Origin: Candidatus Latescibacterota bacterium | GTDB taxonomy: Bacteria; Latescibacterota; UBA2968 | NCBI GenBank assembly: GCA_965204375.1 | Contig: OZ241986.1 | Span: 1,856,001-1,920,000, forward strand | Length of the DNA stretch: 64,000 nt | Direction of reading: 5' to 3' | Shown: positions 19,060 through 27,745 of the stretch, one piece after another | Position numbering within the stretch: the first letter of the stretch is position 1 | How the letters are laid out: the number at the start of each line of letters is the position of its first letter | Made by a program: the position numbers and the translations under genes | Notes under the pieces: model-generated | Told to the model about the DNA's origin: nothing | The model's input: the letters and a program-made list of their open reading frames with translations, nothing else | The model's database searches: none

Positions 19060-19829
19060 TGCGAATGGCTTTCTGGTTGCCCGTAGTATCGCTCTGGCGG
19101 CGCGAACTGGTGCGCTTTGCTCGAGACCGCAATCGATTATTCGGTGCAATAGGCCAACCTCTCGTATTCTGGTTGCTATTGGGCGCCGGTTTTGAAAAGT
19201 CTTTCGCACCCCTGGGTATTTCCAGTGGATATCTGGAATATATTTATCCGGGAATATTATTGCTGATTGTGTTATTTACAGCGATCTTTTCGACCATTTC
19301 GGTCATTGAAGACCGGCGTGAAGGATTTATGCAATCGGTGCTGGTCGCACCCGTATCCCGGATCGGATTGGTGCTCGGCAAGGTTTTGGGTGGGGGAACT
19401 CTCGCCTTTTTGGAAAGCCTGGTATTTTTGGTATTTTTGGCATTTTTAGATATTCCAATCAGCATCGTATCTCTGGGCATGACCCTCATATTTTTAGCTG
19501 TACTGGGCATTGCCCTCACAGCTCTGGGCTTTGCGATAGCCTGGCAGGCTTCATCCACTGCGGGATTTCACGCGGTGATGAATTTGTTATTATTCCCCAT
19601 GTGGGCGCTGTCTGGCGCATTTTTCCCCGCAGAAGGCGCGTCGCGCTGGCTGGCGTACCTGATGGCAATAAATCCATTGACTTACGGTATGGATGGTTTG
19701 CGCCAATCTCTTTACCTCACCACGTCTGGCGCAAATACCCATTTGTGGTTTTGTGGTATAATAAGTGTGGCTTTTGCAGTTCTGGCCCTCAGTGCAGCCG
19801 TGTGGCAGGTATGTCGAAAAGAGAAATAA
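19059..19829 (+). CDS. ABC-2 type exporter permease
   Basis: DRREGFMQSVLVAPVSR, LSGAFFP and NPLTYGMDGLR motifs; about 6 hydrophobic segments; overlaps the ATPase stop. Confidence 0.9.
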   Translation: MRMAFWLPVVSLWRRELVRFARDRNRLFGAIGQPLVFWLLLGAGFEKSFAPLGISSGYLEYIYPGILLLIVLFTAIFSTISVIEDRREGFMQSVLVAPVSRIGLVLGKVLGGGTLAFLESLVFLVFLAFLDIPISIVSLGMTLIFLAVLGIALTALGFAIAWQASSTAGFHAVMNLLLFPMWALSGAFFPAEGASRWLAYLMAINPLTYGMDGLRQSLYLTTSGANTHLWFCGIISVAFAVLALSAAVWQVCRKEK

Positions 19830-19901
19830 GTCAGGGGCTGGGGCTGGGAGAACTTCACAAATTTCTGGAACAGAAACCTTATTTAATTGTTGGATATTGT
19901 A

Positions 19902-19932
19902 TTGACAAAATGAATCCTTGGCGTAGTATGGT
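19902..19932 (+). promoter_or_regulatory. Putative sigma70 promoter, probably giving a leaderless or short-leader mRNA
   Basis: TTGACA at 19902; TAGTAT (16-nt spacer) or TATGGT lies 6-9 nt before ATG 19939; no SD sequence. Confidence 0.4.
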
Positions 19933-19938
19933 CTCGTC

Positions 19939-20673
19939 ATGCAGAAACTAACGCATCTATTATTTTTTATTTGTGTCTGTATGTCCTGCCTTGGTGGCTG
20001 TAGCTTGCTCGACCGTCAGCAAGGGCCCGAATTACTGGATTTGCGCACAGATCGAGGGCCTGACCCATCAGTGGGGCGTGGACAGGAAGTACAAATTACC
20101 ATCGTGACGGATGATCCAGACAATGATGAGTTGGATTTTCGCTGGATTGCGACCGGAGGAGAATTTGCTGCCAGCCGTGCAGATACGCTGATTGACCTGT
20201 TTCAAGATTCGGTAACAGTTGTATGGAAAGCACCCATTGAACCCGGTGTTTACGAGCTGTTTTTAGAATTGGGTGACGGCCAATCTGAAATATTGGTGAC
20301 CTCGGGCGTGCGTATTGCCGTCACACAAGCCCCTCCCATTGCTGTTGTCGGTCCAGATCGGGAATTGGGTTTTCACGATGAGTTGCGCGTGGTCTTAGAT
20401 GGCACTGGTAGTTCGGATCCAGATCAAGATGCACTGATGTATTTTTGGACACAGATTTCGGGACCGCGCGTGGGATTGCAAAATAGCAGTGGACCATCGC
20501 CCGAGTTTCCCGTGCCTGCACCGGCAGATTATATTTTTGAACTGCGCGTGGCAGACTTGATACAGGGAGTGGGCGATACGAGCAATGTGGTAGTTACACG
20601 GGTTCGCATAACAGACCGCACTGGGCGCGTGACCAGATCCGGCCTTGCTCGGCTATTGGACCGCGGGCAGTGA
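19939..20673 (+). CDS. Lipoprotein with Ig/PKD-like domains
   Basis: Lipobox LGGC; DPDNDELDFRW and VLDGTGSSDPDQDALMYFWTQISGP PKD-like motifs. Confidence 0.7.
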   Translation: MQKLTHLLFFICVCMSCLGGCSLLDRQQGPELLDLRTDRGPDPSVGRGQEVQITIVTDDPDNDELDFRWIATGGEFAASRADTLIDLFQDSVTVVWKAPIEPGVYELFLELGDGQSEILVTSGVRIAVTQAPPIAVVGPDRELGFHDELRVVLDGTGSSDPDQDALMYFWTQISGPRVGLQNSSGPSPEFPVPAPADYIFELRVADLIQGVGDTSNVVVTRVRITDRTGRVTRSGLARLLDRGQ

Positions 20674-20712
20674 AAGAAAGCGCGAATATCCATACTACAG
20701 GGCTTTGGGATT

Positions 20713-20743
20713 AAAGAGCAGGCAATAACCTGCTCTTTTTTTT
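20713..20743. terminator. Likely bidirectional terminator between the lipoprotein gene and polB
   Basis: AAAGAGCAGG-CAATAA-CCTGCTCTTT followed by a T run. Confidence 0.8.
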
Positions 20744-22868
20744 AGAACAGACAGAGTTGATCGCGTGCGACAGGTTGAATCATGGGAAACAGACGGCGAA
20801 ATTCGCCATCGGGAAATAGAACGCGAAACCGCTCGGACATATCGTGCAATCGGCGCAACAAATAGCCCCGGTCTTCGTCATGGGTAAAAAATTCCGCGCG
20901 GGAAAGTGAGCCATCCTGGCACTGGTAAACCGCGATCCGCTCGCCAATGCGACACCCCTCAGCAGCCATAGCAAGTCGGCTCAGATTCGGGTTGGAAAAG
21001 GTTTTTTTGGTAATGCGTTCAAACCGGCAAAAATCTTCGGGATCAATTTCGCCATCTTGCAACTTGCGCCCAAGGGATAGATACACGCTGGAAGCAGCTT
21101 CGGTATCGCCATCGACGAGCAAGGGCGCAATCTCTGCAATAAACTGGCGAAAGATGCGCTCATCGCGTCGGCTTCGCAGGCTGCTGCCCACAAGCGATAA
21201 ACCGCCGTTGTAATCGATGAGAATATAATTTTTTGCCTTGAGACTGATCATCCCTTTAAAGCGACCGTCGTGCGAGAGATGAATACCACGGGGCAAGGCA
21301 GTCGAAATTTCCTCTATGAGTTGTTTTTCATCTGCCTCTGTCTTGACATGCGGTGGCGCGACAAAATAAGCCCCATCGGTATCCACTTCGATAATATCCC
21401 CACCGGCATCGCGCAACTCAGCCACGAGTTGGCGGGCGATTTGCTGCCCGATTACAGTAATTTTTTCCGCGGCGTGGTAGTCATTAAAACACGCGCGTCC
21501 GTATCCCAGATATCCGTAAAAAGAATTGATGAGAATTTTGTAACTGCCCTGCAGCCCATCCCAGTATGCGCGGTCGGTTTCGTCACATGCGCTTTGAAAA
21601 TTGGTCTTGGCCTCAAGGCGTCGCTGCGTGAGATGTTCGAGCATGGGCAAAAAAGCATTTTCAGTATCGGTAGCTGGCCGGATCTGTTGGGTCAGCATAA
21701 TCGATGGATAAAGGCTTTCGACATCGGCTTTAACCACCCGCTTAAAAATGCCCGAAGCCACGAGTCGCGTATAGCCACCGCTAAATCCCTTCGATGGACG
21801 CGGTTTGGGAATCGCGAGATTGCGCCGCAGATAAAGCCCAACCATGAGAGCGTTGATTTTCTCGCCCGGACCGCTGATCGCAGCGTCTTGAAAGCCATAG
21901 GGCAAAATCTGCGTCTGATAAAATTCAGTGGGAACGACTACCTCGCTGAGCGCTTTGACATCGCGCACATCGTCGAGCGCGTAGTCAATGAGACGTTGCG
22001 GATTGGTGCGCCAGGTATGGGCAATATCTTCCCCATCGACAAATGTGCGCCCTGCCCGCTCGAGACCGAGTGCATGGATGGCTTGCTTGAGGCCATAGCG
22101 CTCCAGCTTGCCCCCGGTATCATAACGCTGCACTTGTTGCAGCGTGTCGATAATATGTCGCCCATGGACATAAGCCGGGCGAAAGCCCGGGATTTGTGCC
22201 CCAACTTTGAAAACGCGCTGCCCATGCCCCGCACGCAATGCCGCCCCATCGCGCCCCCACCTGAGGGAAATGCCATAGTGTTGAGCGCGGACGACGAGAT
22301 AGGGCAAGTCAAATTCAAAAATATTGTGGCCTTCAATTGTATCGGGGTTGCGCGCTTCGATCACTTTGTTGAGGTTGCGAAGCAGATCTGCCTCACTCAT
22401 ATCCGTAGCACTCAATACAGTCTCATATCCCTGTGAATCGGAAATTGAGATGAGAATGATTTGTGCATCGGGTGCCGCAGGATCGAGCGTGAGGGTCTCG
22501 ATATCGAGTTGTAAGCGGTGGAGGTCGCCGTAGCGCATCTCTCGAAAGAGGGTTTGGCCCGAAAGCGTCAGATGCTGCCGCACGGGATTGTTAAAATTAA
22601 AATGCGGAATGCCATCCTGAGCGAGGCGGTCGCGTGCCGCGAGAAAATGAGACCAGTTGTGAAAGTGTATCCGCGCGCGAAATTCTCCGCCGCCTTTTAG
22701 ACGCACGCAATCTGAAACCCCTGAAAAGCCAGACCGGGCGGACTCTTCGGGCGTCTCAACGAGCAACCACGGGGAAAAGGGTTGCAGGTGGCAATTGTCG
22801 CGCGTGTAGAGCGCCATCTGATTCCCGCCGACGAGTTCGGCAGCGAGAACACCGGGGAGATAAGCCAT
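20742..22868 (-). CDS. polB: Family B DNA polymerase (Pol II-like) with 3'-5' exonuclease domain
   Basis: ExoI LDIET, ExoII GHNIFEFDLPYL, ExoIII YALDDV; motif A DVESLYPSI, motif B KILINSFYGYLG, motif C VDTDG; C-terminal QLCLF; GGAG before ATG 22868. Confidence 0.9.
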   Translation of the reverse strand: MAYLPGVLAAELVGGNQMALYTRDNCHLQPFSPWLLVETPEESARSGFSGVSDCVRLKGGGEFRARIHFHNWSHFLAARDRLAQDGIPHFNFNNPVRQHLTLSGQTLFREMRYGDLHRLQLDIETLTLDPAAPDAQIILISISDSQGYETVLSATDMSEADLLRNLNKVIEARNPDTIEGHNIFEFDLPYLVVRAQHYGISLRWGRDGAALRAGHGQRVFKVGAQIPGFRPAYVHGRHIIDTLQQVQRYDTGGKLERYGLKQAIHALGLERAGRTFVDGEDIAHTWRTNPQRLIDYALDDVRDVKALSEVVVPTEFYQTQILPYGFQDAAISGPGEKINALMVGLYLRRNLAIPKPRPSKGFSGGYTRLVASGIFKRVVKADVESLYPSIMLTQQIRPATDTENAFLPMLEHLTQRRLEAKTNFQSACDETDRAYWDGLQGSYKILINSFYGYLGYGRACFNDYHAAEKITVIGQQIARQLVAELRDAGGDIIEVDTDGAYFVAPPHVKTEADEKQLIEEISTALPRGIHLSHDGRFKGMISLKAKNYILIDYNGGLSLVGSSLRSRRDERIFRQFIAEIAPLLVDGDTEAASSVYLSLGRKLQDGEIDPEDFCRFERITKKTFSNPNLSRLAMAAEGCRIGERIAVYQCQDGSLSRAEFFTHDEDRGYLLRRLHDMSERFRVLFPDGEFRRLFPMIQPVARDQLCLF

Positions 22869-22915
22869 TGTGTTGCTCCAATTTGTTGCGGGAGATGGGG
22901 GAAGTATCCTGCTAA

Positions 22916-22944
22916 AATATAGCCAATTTTTATACGCCCTGCAA
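22916..22944 (-). promoter_or_regulatory. Putative polB promoter
   Basis: Minus strand TTGCAG-17 nt-TATATT. Confidence 0.45.
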
Positions 22945-23003
22945 TGTGATGGGTTCACAAACCACGAAGTCACGCATTTCTCAAGCCTTTTGATTGACGT
23001 ATA

Positions 23004-23075
23004 AAGCTGCGTGGAGATCGCACAGAAGCGGCAGTGAAGGCGTTATTGTCCAATGGATCTATTTCAGCTAATTGA
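23004..23075 (+). pseudogene. Remnant 3' end of a TlpA-domain gene paralogous to the two downstream M56-TlpA genes
   Basis: Translates KLRGDRTEAAVKALLSNGSISAN*, compared with KLRGTRTEAAVRALLA (copy 1) and NLRGERTEEAVKALLA (copy 2). In-frame stop just upstream and no start. Confidence 0.75.
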
Positions 23076-23096
23076 TATCGCGTTAATATACGTCCC

Positions 23097-23130
23097 AAAC
23101 CGCCCGGTAACAACGGGCGGTTTTTTATTT
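23097..23130 (+). terminator. Rho-independent terminator following the gene remnant
   Basis: AAACCGCCCG-GTAACAA-CGGGCGGTTT followed by TTTATTT. Confidence 0.8.
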
Positions 23131-23166
23131 TGAGTCAACTTCAACCTCCTGTGCCAAAAAAATCAT

Positions 23167-23249
23167 TGCTAATTATTTCGCTATTTGGACTTGACAGCGA
23201 ATTTTTAATAGGATATTTTTCCATAACTGATATGCTAATTATTTCGCAT
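23167..23249 (+). promoter_or_regulatory. blaI-operon promoter flanked by two candidate operators
   Basis: TTGACA (23191)-17 nt-TATTTT (23214); identical 15-mer TGCTAATTATTTCGC at 23167-23181 and 23233-23247, an imperfect palindrome. Confidence 0.7.
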
Positions 23250-23282
23250 CGTATCATTCAGGCAAATAAAAAGGAGCTAAAA

Positions 23283-23666
23283 ATGGCAAGACTGCGACAA
23301 GAGGGATTGACCGCCCGTGAAATGGAACTCATACAGGTACTCTGGCAACAGAAAGAAGCAACCGTCGAAATGATCCAGGCAAAATTGCCTGACCGATTAG
23401 AAGGATCAACCATTCGCACACTCCTGCAAATCATGGAAGACAAAGGCTATGTGACGCATGAAAAGCAAGGACGCGCCAATGTGTACCGCCCCATAATCGA
23501 ACAACAGAGGGTCCAATCCTCTGCAATGAAGCACATCATTCAAAAACTATTTGGCGGATCAACCGAACTCTTGTTGGCGCGGCTGGTTGAAGACGAAGAG
23601 ATAGACATGGACGACGTAGCGCGATTGCGTGAAAAACTCAAGCAACGCAAAGGGAGCACATCATGA
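23283..23666 (+). CDS. blaI: BlaI/MecI/CopY-family transcriptional repressor
   Basis: LTAREMELIQVLW, STIRTLLQIMEDKGYV, GRANVYRP and KLFGGS motifs; AAGGAG RBS before ATG 23283. Confidence 0.9.
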   Translation: MARLRQEGLTAREMELIQVLWQQKEATVEMIQAKLPDRLEGSTIRTLLQIMEDKGYVTHEKQGRANVYRPIIEQQRVQSSAMKHIIQKLFGGSTELLLARLVEDEEIDMDDVARLREKLKQRKGSTS

Positions 23667-26600
23667 TAGACACATTGGTCAATGCCCTGGATCCGATTGC
23701 CATCTTCCTCCTTGATGCGACTATCAAGACCACCCTATTTATGGGTCTTGTTCTACTTGCCGTGTGGCTCCTGGACACGCGACAGGCTGCCAGACGCAGT
23801 TTGCTGTTGAACTGGTGTCTTGTCGGCGTGCTGGTGATTCCCATCGCGTCTTTGTGTATGCCTTCACTGCGTTTTCAATTTGCTTCGCCATCGCCACCTT
23901 CGGAACCGGCTATTCCGTCTCCCCAACCTGTTGTTGCTCCCGATAAACCTTTGGCAAAATCCACACCTGCACTGAAGCAACAAAGGGTATCTAATAGAGC
24001 GTTTTTAGAAAACCCAGAACTATCTCAAAACTTCTCATCTCCCCCACCTGCACAGATTATTTTCGCCAAAAATGCTGAGACAAAATCAATTGATTGGACG
24101 ACCTACATACTGAATAAAATCACTTCAGTACATGCTTTGTATGGTATAATGGCGGTCTATGCTATTGGCGTATTGATTTTATTGATTCGGGTAATCTATT
24201 GTTTGGCAGTAGTTTACAAGTTTCGTCGATCTCTATTGCCCTGTGAAGACGAACAGCTCCAAAATAATTTGCAGGTCTTAAAGAATCAATTGGGTATTCG
24301 GCGATCTGTTGCACTATCTATCAGTGACCAAATCGGCAGTCCAACCCAGGTCGGACTCCTGAAGCCCATAGTCGTATTGCCCACGCCTATGGTGGAATCG
24401 CACGACCAGTTGAAATCGATTTTGACTCACGAACTCATTCATGTGAAGCGATGGGATTGCCTGTATCGTCTGCTGGCAATGGTCGGCATGGCGTTTTACT
24501 GGTTCAACCCCCTATTCCACCGCGTCAAACACCTGCTCTTTGAAGTGCAAGAACAAGCCTGCGATGATTGGACAGTGACGACAACTGGCAATTCTGAAAG
24601 CTATGCAGATACGCTCCTGAATGTGGCGACCCAACTACGTCCTCGTCCTGCGATGGCATTGGGCATGGACATGGCGCGAACAACTCAGGTCCTGGCGCGC
24701 GTCAATCGCATTATCACCCTGGGCGGCCATGTGCCTCCACGCGTTGGTAGATTGTCAGCACTGGTGATGGCAGTGGTATTTATCGGCGGAGCGACAACTA
24801 TTGGCAGCCTGACCACTTCAAAGGTCGATCACAATGATCAAAAGGTTGTGTTTGACGGTGGTGTTGCCGTAACCGATACCAGCGACGTATCGCAGCGAAC
24901 ACTTCCGTTCAAAATGCGCGATGGTCGCCTGTGGTGGCGCGGCGAGAATGGCCTCTATTTGCAAGATGGGGATGCGTGGCAAAAATTTACATTGCCTGAA
25001 GGTGGTTCATTTGATCAGATACATGCCTTTATGCAAGCGCGCAATGGCTCAATGTGGTTTGCCGGTATATATAAAAATGGGCCAATTGTCGTGAGCTTTA
25101 GCGGAAAGACCTGGCAGGTATGGGATTCAAAAACAACGGGCCTGGGAAAAATTACCGCTGGATATGACTTTGCCGAAGATGAGGCTGGCGGTATCTGGAT
25201 TTCCCACCACGGTATGGGAAATATCAGAGCATACGGAGGCCCCGATCGTTTCAAAGGTGGAAACGGTGTCTTGCATTTTGATGGCGAAGCATGGCGCAAC
25301 TATACCGTGAAAGATGGATTGATTCACAATCGGGTTTACAATGTGGAAGCCGATCCCAAAGGCGGGGTGTGGATCGCAACCCTTCGCGGATTGAGCCATT
25401 ACAAAGATGGAAAATGGACCTCTCATATTGTGGATAGCGTGCCCGTAGAGGGCGTGCGTAATGGCAATATATATGATGGGCACAAGGTATATAAACTATT
25501 TTCTGATCGAAAAGGTACGCTTTGGGCCGTGCATGGATCGAATATTGGGCGCACCATAACGCAATACAAAGGAGGAATTTCCAGCTTTGACGGCACAGCC
25601 TGGACCCATTACAACGCGCAGGCGGGATTGCCCATCAATGCTTCTCGAAATATCTGGCAAACAGAAAATGGCGATCTGTGGTTTGGTACGCATCAAGGTG
25701 ATCAAAAGGTAGTAGAAGCCAGAGGCTTGATGCGGTATAGGGATGGGATGTGGTTGCGATTGACGCGCAAACACGGTATTCCCGGCGATTCTGTATGGGG
25801 TCTGGCAGAAAAAGGCGATGGGTCTTTTTATCTCGGTGTTTCTGGTATTGTATCTTATAAGCCACCTATCGATCATCTATCAACAATATCTGGTAAAGTG
25901 ATCGATCAGCGCGATGGCCAACCCGTAGCAAATATGGGAATATGGGTTGAATACGACGATGGCGAGGTGCATGCCGGAACCAGGACAGATGCAAATGGCC
26001 GCTATCGCGTCGAAGTTACCCCTGGCGTATATCGCGTGCGGATTGCATCTAAGAATGCGGCTGAACCCGTGACCGTTGAGGCAAAGCGCGAGAGTAAAAT
26101 TGAAGACATTGACCTGCTCTTGCTCAACTCGCGCCGCATCTCTGGTCGCGTAATCGATACATCCAATAATCCGATTGCTAATGCAGTCGTGGTGATTTCC
26201 GATGATACCTCAGAAGATCTGCGACTATCCCCCCAGATCGTGACCACAGATGCCAATGGAAAATTTGAAGGCTGGCAAGTATCGGGACCGAAGACTACTT
26301 TTGAAGTAGCAGCAAAAGGATACACACAAATCGCGCGAGAAGTTGAAAATGCCATTGAAGAGCAAGTAGTGATTAGTCTCAAAAAAGGCAAGACGTTCCG
26401 CGGTCGCGTTGTGGATGAGTTGGGCAAACCCATTGCCTGGGCGCGCGTTGGTCTCGGACCTCCGCCGAATCCTGAAAAGAAAGTATATACATTGCCCGCA
26501 TTGCCCTTCCAGCGCAATACTTATACGGATGCGTCGGGTTTGTTCACTCTAAATGACGTAGCGGGAGGTCACATCTGGGTGAATCATCCCGAGACCGGAA

Positions 26601-27703
26601 TGGTGAATCAAGAGGTTATGCCTGCCGATGATGTGATAGATATCCGCATAGAGCGTTTGCGTTTGTACTCTGTTTCAGGCGTGGTATCGCTAACTGGCGT
26701 GCCCGTAGAAAGGCTAATGGTCAGAACCATTGCCCTTAATGGATCAGAATCCAAACCCCAAGTAGGCCACCCGGACGCTAATGGTGCATATCGTCAGGAG
26801 GGTCTGGAGCCGGGGAAATATCATATTGCCGTACTCGCACCCCAAAAAGAGGAAAGGGATGGACGCACAATCGCAATACATCGCAATGTTCAATCTCAGG
26901 TGCTCGTAATCAAAGACCGCGATGTAACATTGAACTTTGAGCCTCTGGGTGATGCGCGCATTACAGGTATTGCGACTTACAACGGACAGCCCGTTTCAGA
27001 TGTTGCCATAAGCATCCATACTATAGGCGATGATCCTGAGAATTTTGTCTCGCTAAACGGCAAAAAAACAAACAAAGAGGGCCGGTTTGAATTACGCGGT
27101 CTGCCTTCTGCACGGATTACCATTTCTTTTCGTAAAATGGAACGCCTCGGTCCAGGTGGAAAACGCTGGAGCAAAGTCGATACGATTGATCTGACGGAGA
27201 AAAAAGAATTGCGTTATCTCACCGAACTGAAAATGGAGGAACGCCCGACCCTGAGCCTCGGAGATATAGCCCCTGAATTTGAAGCCAAACAGTTGGATGG
27301 TTTAACATTCCGGCTCGCAGATTACCGGGGCAAAAAAGCCGTGTTGATCGATTTTTGGGCAACCTGGTGTCCACCGTGCATTGATGAAATTCCGACAATT
27401 AAAAGAATTGCTGACACATATCGAGATCAGGGATTGGAAGTCGTGGGCGTGAGTTTGGACCGTGATGAGAAGGCATTACGAGATTTTGTAAAACGAGAAA
27501 AACTGAGCTATGTGCAGATATTTGAAAAAGAAAAAACGCGAGTGATTTCAAAATCCTACGGTGTCTGGGGCATCCCATCGGTATTTCTGATAGACAAAAA
27601 TGGCGTCATCAACGCGCTGAAGCTGCGTGGAACTCGCACGGAAGCAGCTGTAAGGGCGTTATTAGCCACTGATCTACAGACGGCTGGTGGAAATTCGCGA
27701 TAG
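23663..27703 (+). CDS. BlaR1/M56 metallopeptidase fused to regulator beta-propeller, carboxypeptidase-regulatory-like repeats and C-terminal TlpA thioredoxin (WCPPC)
   Basis: HELIH, YWFNPL, EQACDD; propeller repeats (YTVKDGL..N.V, GGVWIAT, GDLWFGT); ISGRVID...PIANA repeats; DFWATWCPPC...GIPSVFLIDKNG; ATGA overlap with blaI. Confidence 0.88.
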   Translation: MIDTLVNALDPIAIFLLDATIKTTLFMGLVLLAVWLLDTRQAARRSLLLNWCLVGVLVIPIASLCMPSLRFQFASPSPPSEPAIPSPQPVVAPDKPLAKSTPALKQQRVSNRAFLENPELSQNFSSPPPAQIIFAKNAETKSIDWTTYILNKITSVHALYGIMAVYAIGVLILLIRVIYCLAVVYKFRRSLLPCEDEQLQNNLQVLKNQLGIRRSVALSISDQIGSPTQVGLLKPIVVLPTPMVESHDQLKSILTHELIHVKRWDCLYRLLAMVGMAFYWFNPLFHRVKHLLFEVQEQACDDWTVTTTGNSESYADTLLNVATQLRPRPAMALGMDMARTTQVLARVNRIITLGGHVPPRVGRLSALVMAVVFIGGATTIGSLTTSKVDHNDQKVVFDGGVAVTDTSDVSQRTLPFKMRDGRLWWRGENGLYLQDGDAWQKFTLPEGGSFDQIHAFMQARNGSMWFAGIYKNGPIVVSFSGKTWQVWDSKTTGLGKITAGYDFAEDEAGGIWISHHGMGNIRAYGGPDRFKGGNGVLHFDGEAWRNYTVKDGLIHNRVYNVEADPKGGVWIATLRGLSHYKDGKWTSHIVDSVPVEGVRNGNIYDGHKVYKLFSDRKGTLWAVHGSNIGRTITQYKGGISSFDGTAWTHYNAQAGLPINASRNIWQTENGDLWFGTHQGDQKVVEARGLMRYRDGMWLRLTRKHGIPGDSVWGLAEKGDGSFYLGVSGIVSYKPPIDHLSTISGKVIDQRDGQPVANMGIWVEYDDGEVHAGTRTDANGRYRVEVTPGVYRVRIASKNAAEPVTVEAKRESKIEDIDLLLLNSRRISGRVIDTSNNPIANAVVVISDDTSEDLRLSPQIVTTDANGKFEGWQVSGPKTTFEVAAKGYTQIAREVENAIEEQVVISLKKGKTFRGRVVDELGKPIAWARVGLGPPPNPEKKVYTLPALPFQRNTYTDASGLFTLNDVAGGHIWVNHPETGMVNQEVMPADDVIDIRIERLRLYSVSGVVSLTGVPVERLMVRTIALNGSESKPQVGHPDANGAYRQEGLEPGKYHIAVLAPQKEERDGRTIAIHRNVQSQVLVIKDRDVTLNFEPLGDARITGIATYNGQPVSDVAISIHTIGDDPENFVSLNGKKTNKEGRFELRGLPSARITISFRKMERLGPGGKRWSKVDTIDLTEKKELRYLTELKMEERPTLSLGDIAPEFEAKQLDGLTFRLADYRGKKAVLIDFWATWCPPCIDEIPTIKRIADTYRDQGLEVVGVSLDRDEKALRDFVKREKLSYVQIFEKEKTRVISKSYGVWGIPSVFLIDKNGVINALKLRGTRTEAAVRALLATDLQTAGGNSR

Positions 27704-27736
27704 ACTTTTTATGGCATTGATGATTATTTGAAAAGG
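27702..27736 (+). repeat. Intergenic direct repeat, copy 1
   Basis: AGACTTTTTATGGCATTGATGATTATTTGAAAAGG; near-identical to 31385-31419. Confidence 0.8.
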
Positions 27737-27745
27737 AGACACATC

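Noticed and set aside
19834-19848. GGGGCTGGGGCTGGG as a G-quadruplex or microsatellite
   Set aside because: Only three G-runs and about 2.5 repeat units.
22870-23130. Possible sRNA, 6S RNA or riboswitch ending at the orphan terminator
   Set aside because: No recognisable RNA family. The terminator is better explained by the TlpA gene remnant directly upstream.
23053-23133. Small ORF MDLFQLIDIALIYVPNRPVTTGGFLF as a leader peptide
   Set aside because: It runs through the terminator, overlaps the remnant in another frame and has no regulatory codon run.
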